20,000 bases of DNA. It comes from an uncultured virus (IMG/VR IMGVR_UViG_3300034418_007342) (Duplodnaviria > Heunggongvirae > Uroviricota > Caudoviricetes). The stretch covers positions 56,111 to 76,110 of IMG/VR virus record IMGVR_UViG_3300034418_007342; one strand, written 5' to 3'. How positions within the stretch are numbered: the stretch's first letter is position 1; every line of letters begins with the position of its first letter. Positions 16,064 through 20,000 of the stretch are shown in pieces. The position numbers and the translations under genes are program-made. A model generated the notes under the pieces. That model did not search any database. It was not told the DNA's origin and saw only the letters and a list, made by a program, of their open reading frames with translations.

Positions 16064-16437
16064 TAACTTACCTCAGTTCTGCCGCCGCCTATGTCTTTTT
16101 TCTGTACACCATTGACAGGCCTAGGATTATTTGCTTCGTACTGCTCATAAGTTTCAAGAACTACATTACGGCAAACATCTTGAAACCAGCGATCCACAAT
16201 GTCCTCATCGGTACGTCCTTCATAACCTGCACGTACAAGTTTGGCAAGGAAAATGTCATTCCATTCTAATTCAAACGCACCCTGTCCTATATTGTCTGGA
16301 TCAATGTCCACACTGATAATTTCCACATAAGGCTCGCCCCGTTCTGTGGCTAAGTCCTTTTTTGACTTCTTTTTCTGTTTAGGCTCTGGCTGTGCCTTTA
16401 CAGGCTCAGGTTTACGAAATCTATCAAACAGTCCCAT
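16063..16437 (-). CDS. Hypothetical phage protein (124 aa)
   Basis: Start moved to 16437 (MGLFDRF) with GAGGA RBS; ATERGEPYV...GAFELEWN...IVDRWFQDVC. Confidence 0.8.
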   Translation of the reverse strand: MGLFDRFRKPEPVKAQPEPKQKKKSKKDLATERGEPYVEIISVDIDPDNIGQGAFELEWNDIFLAKLVRAGYEGRTDEDIVDRWFQDVCRNVVLETYEQYEANNPRPVNGVQKKDIGGGRTEVS

Positions 16438-16936
16438 TGTTGTCCTCTTCAACTTCTTGCCAAGTGTAGTCACCTAAGAATTTAACCTTGGCTATATATT
16501 CATACCAGCTGGGTGCGCCCACAGTCCAGTCATTTGGACCATGCATTGCCAATATTACTTGTTGTTTCATTGTGTCGTGTGCTAACCAATATGTGTGCCC
16601 ATGCACTGGCTTGAAACTGTATTTAGCACCATGTACCATGTCGGTAATATCTAGTCGCCGTCGTATGTCTTGGGCCTGTCGCTGTAGTACTGCAACCAAA
16701 TCCATTATGCGATTGTATTCTTGTTCGGCATGTTGACGTGCAACATTAATCATGATGTCTTTTTGCTGTTTGACATCGATTAATTCAAACTTTGGTGCAC
16801 CGGCCTCAGTGGGATACTCTGACACATTGCGATTAAAAAACGGTATTAGTTCGCCCGCAACATTGGCATCAAAACTGGTTCGTCCCTTTGCGCTGTTAGA
16901 CTTTGACGTCAACGTATCTACCTTTTTCTGTTTCAC
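16424..16936 (-). CDS. Hypothetical protein, possibly DUF2452-like
   Basis: YPTEAGAPKF, coiled-coil middle, AKYSFKPVHGHTYWL, GPNDW. Family call from recall only. Confidence 0.65.
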   Translation of the reverse strand: MKQKKVDTLTSKSNSAKGRTSFDANVAGELIPFFNRNVSEYPTEAGAPKFELIDVKQQKDIMINVARQHAEQEYNRIMDLVAVLQRQAQDIRRRLDITDMVHGAKYSFKPVHGHTYWLAHDTMKQQVILAMHGPNDWTVGAPSWYEYIAKVKFLGDYTWQEVEEDNNGTV

Positions 16937-17096
16937 GGTCTCTTATCTTATCTAAATGTTCTACATGCAGTCTTTGTGCTTTTAACTGTTCTTGCTCTTG
17001 AACATGTTTTCTATGTAATTCCTGCTGACGCACAACTTCGGTGTATGAGTCAGTATATCGATTAACATGGGCTCGTCTTTGAACACTATCTATCAT
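16896..17096 (-). CDS. Small helical hypothetical protein (66 aa)
   Basis: Gln/Glu/Arg-rich, ends KGRYVDVKV; preceded by TAAATA-N5-ATG. Confidence 0.6.
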   Translation of the reverse strand: MIDSVQRRAHVNRYTDSYTEVVRQQELHRKHVQEQEQLKAQRLHVEHLDKIRDRETEKGRYVDVKV

Positions 17097-17331
17097 TATT
17101 GTATTTAAGAGCAGTATAACTCACATATTGCTCAAAACCGCGAGCAAAATGAATCAATATCCGTTCAGTACTGATGTCAAAATACCAAGTAAAGTCTGTG
17201 TTAGCAGTTAGTCCCTGCGCCTGTAACCAATGAACTATTTCTATTGCTTTTTCTGACGCTCGATATCTGTAGTTATACTGACCGTAGTTGGCTTTTGGAA
17301 AGTCTATTACCGCAGTATCTGATACTGTCAT
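17086..17331 (-). CDS. Hypothetical protein (81 aa)
   Basis: Start moved to 17331 (MTVSDT), which overlaps the upstream stop as ATGA. Confidence 0.65.
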   Translation of the reverse strand: MTVSDTAVIDFPKANYGQYNYRYRASEKAIEIVHWLQAQGLTANTDFTWYFDISTERILIHFARGFEQYVSYTALKYNNDR

Positions 17332-17579
17332 TGCTTTAATTGCCAAACAACAAATTCTTCTGGTGATAGCCAGTAATAGTTGATAACAGGTTCCCCAGGT
17401 CCAGTAATAATATGATAACCCACGTAGGCCTTGCGTAACCAAAGTTGTTTGTCACTTAAAAAGCATTTACGTGGCAACCAAGTACGCAGAAGACGCCAAT
17501 TTTGTACATGTTGTAGACCAAAGTCGCCATTGATTGACAAACCTCGTAATTTGTTGCCTACGTAACTGGTACCCATCAT
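17328..17579 (-). CDS. Hypothetical protein (83 aa)
   Basis: Start moved to 17579 (TGATG overlap); WLPRKCFLSDKQLWLRKAY...WLSPEEF. Confidence 0.65.
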   Translation of the reverse strand: MMGTSYVGNKLRGLSINGDFGLQHVQNWRLLRTWLPRKCFLSDKQLWLRKAYVGYHIITGPGEPVINYYWLSPEEFVVWQLKQ

Positions 17580-17752
17580 CACCAAAAGCCCAGCGTTCTG
17601 CCGTTGCCCACTATAATGAATACGCAGGTTGTGATGTGTAGCACAACCCAAAAGGTTCTAATTACAGCAACTCTTGTGTCATAAGGTCGAGTAGTTTCGT
17701 CATCAAACGAACCAATAGCATACTGCCATGTTTTCCAAAAACTTTTAATCAT
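17579..17752 (-). CDS. Small membrane protein (57 aa)
   Basis: Below the track cut-off; MIKSFWKTWQYAIGSFDDETTRPYDTRVAVIRTFWVVLHITTCVFIIVGNGRTLGFW; 1-nt overlaps at both ends; one hydrophobic helix. Confidence 0.75.
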   Translation of the reverse strand: MIKSFWKTWQYAIGSFDDETTRPYDTRVAVIRTFWVVLHITTCVFIIVGNGRTLGFW

Positions 17753-18651
17753 TATGCCAAACTTGCGTACAAGTGTTGTTGTAAGTTAAGTTTAAATCCG
17801 TTCTCAATACAGAACTGACCCACGTATTCGTGATTGCGTTGATTGTCTGCTAAGTTAAGCAGTCCAGGTTCCCAGAAACTAATAACTTCATCAACAGTAC
17901 TACGCTCTGCCATTGTGATTGTGCCTTTTTCCGCACGTAGTAATTTAATCCGTTGTGGAAAACTGTTGTAGATATTCATAGGACTACAGTAGACTTCTTT
18001 GTTGGGATTGTTTGCCTTCCACTCAATGGCCCAGTCTGGAACTGTGCTGTATGGCGACTCTGGGTCTGCACTGACCACAAACTTCAAACAGTCTGCACGT
18101 TCTAAGATAGTCTTACTTGGTGCAAGATACTTGATAGCACGCCCATTCTTTTCAATGCACTTGGGACTACATACTAGGGTCACGCCTTCGGGCACTTCTG
18201 TCTCTGGCACACCGTTGCTTTCAACCTGAACTGCTTTGTAATTTGCTAACTGTTCCTGCATCCATTCTGTAATGTTTTCCTGTAGCAAAGGTTCACCACC
18301 AGTCATTACCAACACAATGTTAGGATACTGTTGGCTGTCTCTTGGATCACCGTTGTCAACTGCAGGTACTGCCCACTCTGGAACCGACTTGCCTTTGTCT
18401 AGCCAAAAGCCTGTAATAGTTTCGTGTGCTTTGCGTTCCAATTCTGCAAACGTCATCCATTCACCGTCATCAAAGAAAGTGTCGCAAAAACTGCAATCCA
18501 AGTTACACTTGGTCAAACGGATAAACAACGCAGGCATACCAGCGTAGGGTCCTTCTCCTTGTAGTGTAAAGAACATACTGGTTACAAATAGACTGCGCTC
18601 AGGTGCATCTTTAAAATACTTTTTGCCAATAATTTCGTTAGTGCCAAACAT
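17752..18651 (-). CDS. queE: 7-carboxy-7-deazaguanine synthase (radical SAM)
   Basis: FFTLQGEGPYAGMPALFIRLTKCNLDCSFCDT (CxxxCxxC), MTGGEPLLQ, VESNG, VCSPK, LKFVV, LNLQQH. Confidence 0.88.
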   Translation of the reverse strand: MFGTNEIIGKKYFKDAPERSLFVTSMFFTLQGEGPYAGMPALFIRLTKCNLDCSFCDTFFDDGEWMTFAELERKAHETITGFWLDKGKSVPEWAVPAVDNGDPRDSQQYPNIVLVMTGGEPLLQENITEWMQEQLANYKAVQVESNGVPETEVPEGVTLVCSPKCIEKNGRAIKYLAPSKTILERADCLKFVVSADPESPYSTVPDWAIEWKANNPNKEVYCSPMNIYNSFPQRIKLLRAEKGTITMAERSTVDEVISFWEPGLLNLADNQRNHEYVGQFCIENGFKLNLQQHLYASLA

Positions 18652-18653
18652 AG

Positions 18654-18941
18654 TTAATCTTCCGGATTCAATGTAAATTGGATATTACTCCAAGTTTTTA
18701 ATTTTTCTCTTTTATTTGCTTTTGCTTGATGTAGCCTATCTAAGTTTAACATTTTACGCTCTATTGCAATATCAATCAAGCATAATAAATCGCCAATTTC
18801 ATCTTCTAGTGTTTCTTGCTGGCTTTTGTTTGAGTGATAATTGATTTCGTCAATGCCAAAACGTCTAATTTTACAGACAACTTGGCTTACTTCTGCACAC
18901 TCTTCCTGTAGTATGCACAATATTTCTTCTTGTTCGGTCAT
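18654..18941 (-). CDS. MazG-like NTP pyrophosphohydrolase
   Basis: LQEECAEV...LEDEIGDLL acidic metal-binding pattern. Confidence 0.8.
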   Translation of the reverse strand: MTEQEEILCILQEECAEVSQVVCKIRRFGIDEINYHSNKSQQETLEDEIGDLLCLIDIAIERKMLNLDRLHQAKANKREKLKTWSNIQFTLNPED

Positions 18942-19408
18942 TCCGCTACAGTATGGTATACGTCGATTCTAACAGTCTGGCCTGGATGACTGTTCATTCT
19001 GGTTGTATATCTGCGATTCATAAATTCATAACTGACATCAAATCCCTGCAGTCTGTCCTGTTCGCGATAGGTTCTGTTAACAGTTCTACAACGGTTTTCT
19101 GTTATAGTTTCAGTTCTGCCACCTTGTCCACCAATCTGTGCACCTACAACACCGCCTACCACAGTGGCCACATCCTTACCGCTGCCTTTACCAAATTGAT
19201 TGCCGATAGCAGCACCTGCAATAGCACCCAACACAGTACCAGCGGTATTAGTACTCTGACGTTCTACCTGCACTGGCTCACAGACTTCCATTGGGATATT
19301 GACTTCGCGTACACCATATATAGGCTTAACGTTTAATACTCGTGCTTCATAGATTTCTGCCTGTGCAACGACAGGCACAAACAACATTGCTAATAATAGT
19401 TTTTTCAT
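18938..19408 (-). CDS. Exported glycine-zipper 2TM domain protein
   Basis: Signal peptide ending AQA; GTVLGAIAGAAIGNQFGKGSGKDVATVVGGVVGAQIG. Confidence 0.88.
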   Translation of the reverse strand: MKKLLLAMLFVPVVAQAEIYEARVLNVKPIYGVREVNIPMEVCEPVQVERQSTNTAGTVLGAIAGAAIGNQFGKGSGKDVATVVGGVVGAQIGGQGGRTETITENRCRTVNRTYREQDRLQGFDVSYEFMNRRYTTRMNSHPGQTVRIDVYHTVAE

Positions 19409-19741
19409 TTAATGATTCCTTTTTCCATCAAAAACACAGACAAAATAAAGTTTTGTGTTACTGGTATTGTGTACTCTATGAAACACACCATCCTTTATTA
19501 ACACAACATCGCCACCTTGCACTTCAAATTTTTCATCGTCTAACTCCATTTCTCCCGTGCCACTTACAAAATAATAAACTTCTTCCTGTCCCTCATGGCG
19601 ATGTCCTCTGGTGCTCTGTAAGCCGTGCAGTTCGGTTGAACTTACTACTAAGTTATTTAGAGTTTTATTGTCTTTTAAAACATAAGTTTCATTGTCTTTG
19701 ATTGTTTCGCCACCTATGTTGTAAATTTTAAGTTTAGTCAC
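19409..19741 (-). CDS. Cupin-domain protein
   Basis: GHRHEGQEEVYYFVSGTG...GDVVLIKDGVFHRVHN. Confidence 0.88.
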   Translation of the reverse strand: MTKLKIYNIGGETIKDNETYVLKDNKTLNNLVVSSTELHGLQSTRGHRHEGQEEVYYFVSGTGEMELDDEKFEVQGGDVVLIKDGVFHRVHNTSNTKLYFVCVFDGKRNH

Positions 19742-19746
19742 AGTAG

Positions 19747-20000
19747 TTACCCTTCGTAGATAGCACTGTTGCCTGCGTGTTCAAATACTTCTGCGCTTTT
19801 GATACGCACAGTGGGATTAATAGGATAACGCATGGTACCGCTGGCAATCAGTTCGGACATTTTGTCGTAGCACATTTTTGCAAACATTTCGCAGCCAACA
19901 CCTTCTACAATCCGTAAATCACAGACAGCTTCGCGTTCATGTGGTTTCACAGACTGTACTGCACCTGTGCCACTGTCTAATGGCAGACCCATGTTGGACA
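19747..20000 (-). CDS. queD: QueD/6-pyruvoyl-tetrahydropterin synthase family, C-terminal part (5' end outside the window)
   Basis: Frame is open to the window edge; CDLRIVEGVGCEMFA...SAEVFEHAGNSAIY matches the T-fold C-terminus; queE nearby. The N-terminal His motifs are not visible. Confidence 0.72.
   Translation of the reverse strand, partial: SNMGLPLDSGTGAVQSVKPHEREAVCDLRIVEGVGCEMFAKMCYDKMSELIASGTMRYPINPTVRIKSAEVFEHAGNSAIYEG

Noticed and set aside
15298..19659. TAAATA copies inside rnh (15298), the DUF2452-like gene (16620) and the cupin gene (19654)
   Set aside because: Mid-CDS, far from start codons and expected by chance in AT-rich DNA.
517..19701. All plus-strand ORFs in the track
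   Set aside because: They are antisense shadows of well-supported minus-strand genes, with no recognisable motifs.
1..20000. Alternative genetic code (stop recoding)
   Set aside because: The standard code gives full-length, tightly packed genes, and TAA, TGA and TAG all end genes at sensible positions.

Overview
Gene-dense segment with every credible CDS on the minus strand and many ATGA/TAATG overlaps. It most likely comes from a large tailed phage with T4-like two-tier transcription; this is an inference, since no structural genes lie in the window. In transcription order (right to left) it contains: queD (partial), a cupin, a glycine-zipper protein, a MazG-like protein, queE, small hypotheticals, an RNase H/5'-3' exonuclease and conserved hypotheticals. 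Next come an AT-rich cassette (57-aa mini-TctB, TctA, a candidate structured RNA, TctC, PP-loop enzyme) and a cluster of early-type genes, including a MoxR AAA ATPase and a metallopeptidase-VWA protein, with four sigma70 promoters. The left end holds DHFR, thyA, an NDP-sugar epimerase and a DegT aminotransferase (partial). The main non-coding signals are: a multi-stem RNA candidate inside the tct operon; a TACT-WW-AGTA palindrome 4 nt upstream of three -35 boxes; a TAAATA late-type motif in the loop of an RBS-occluding hairpin; four apparently leaderless genes; an anti-Shine-Dalgarno hairpin; and a duplicated gene-tail scar. All calls come from motif recognition and manual reading; no database searches were run.
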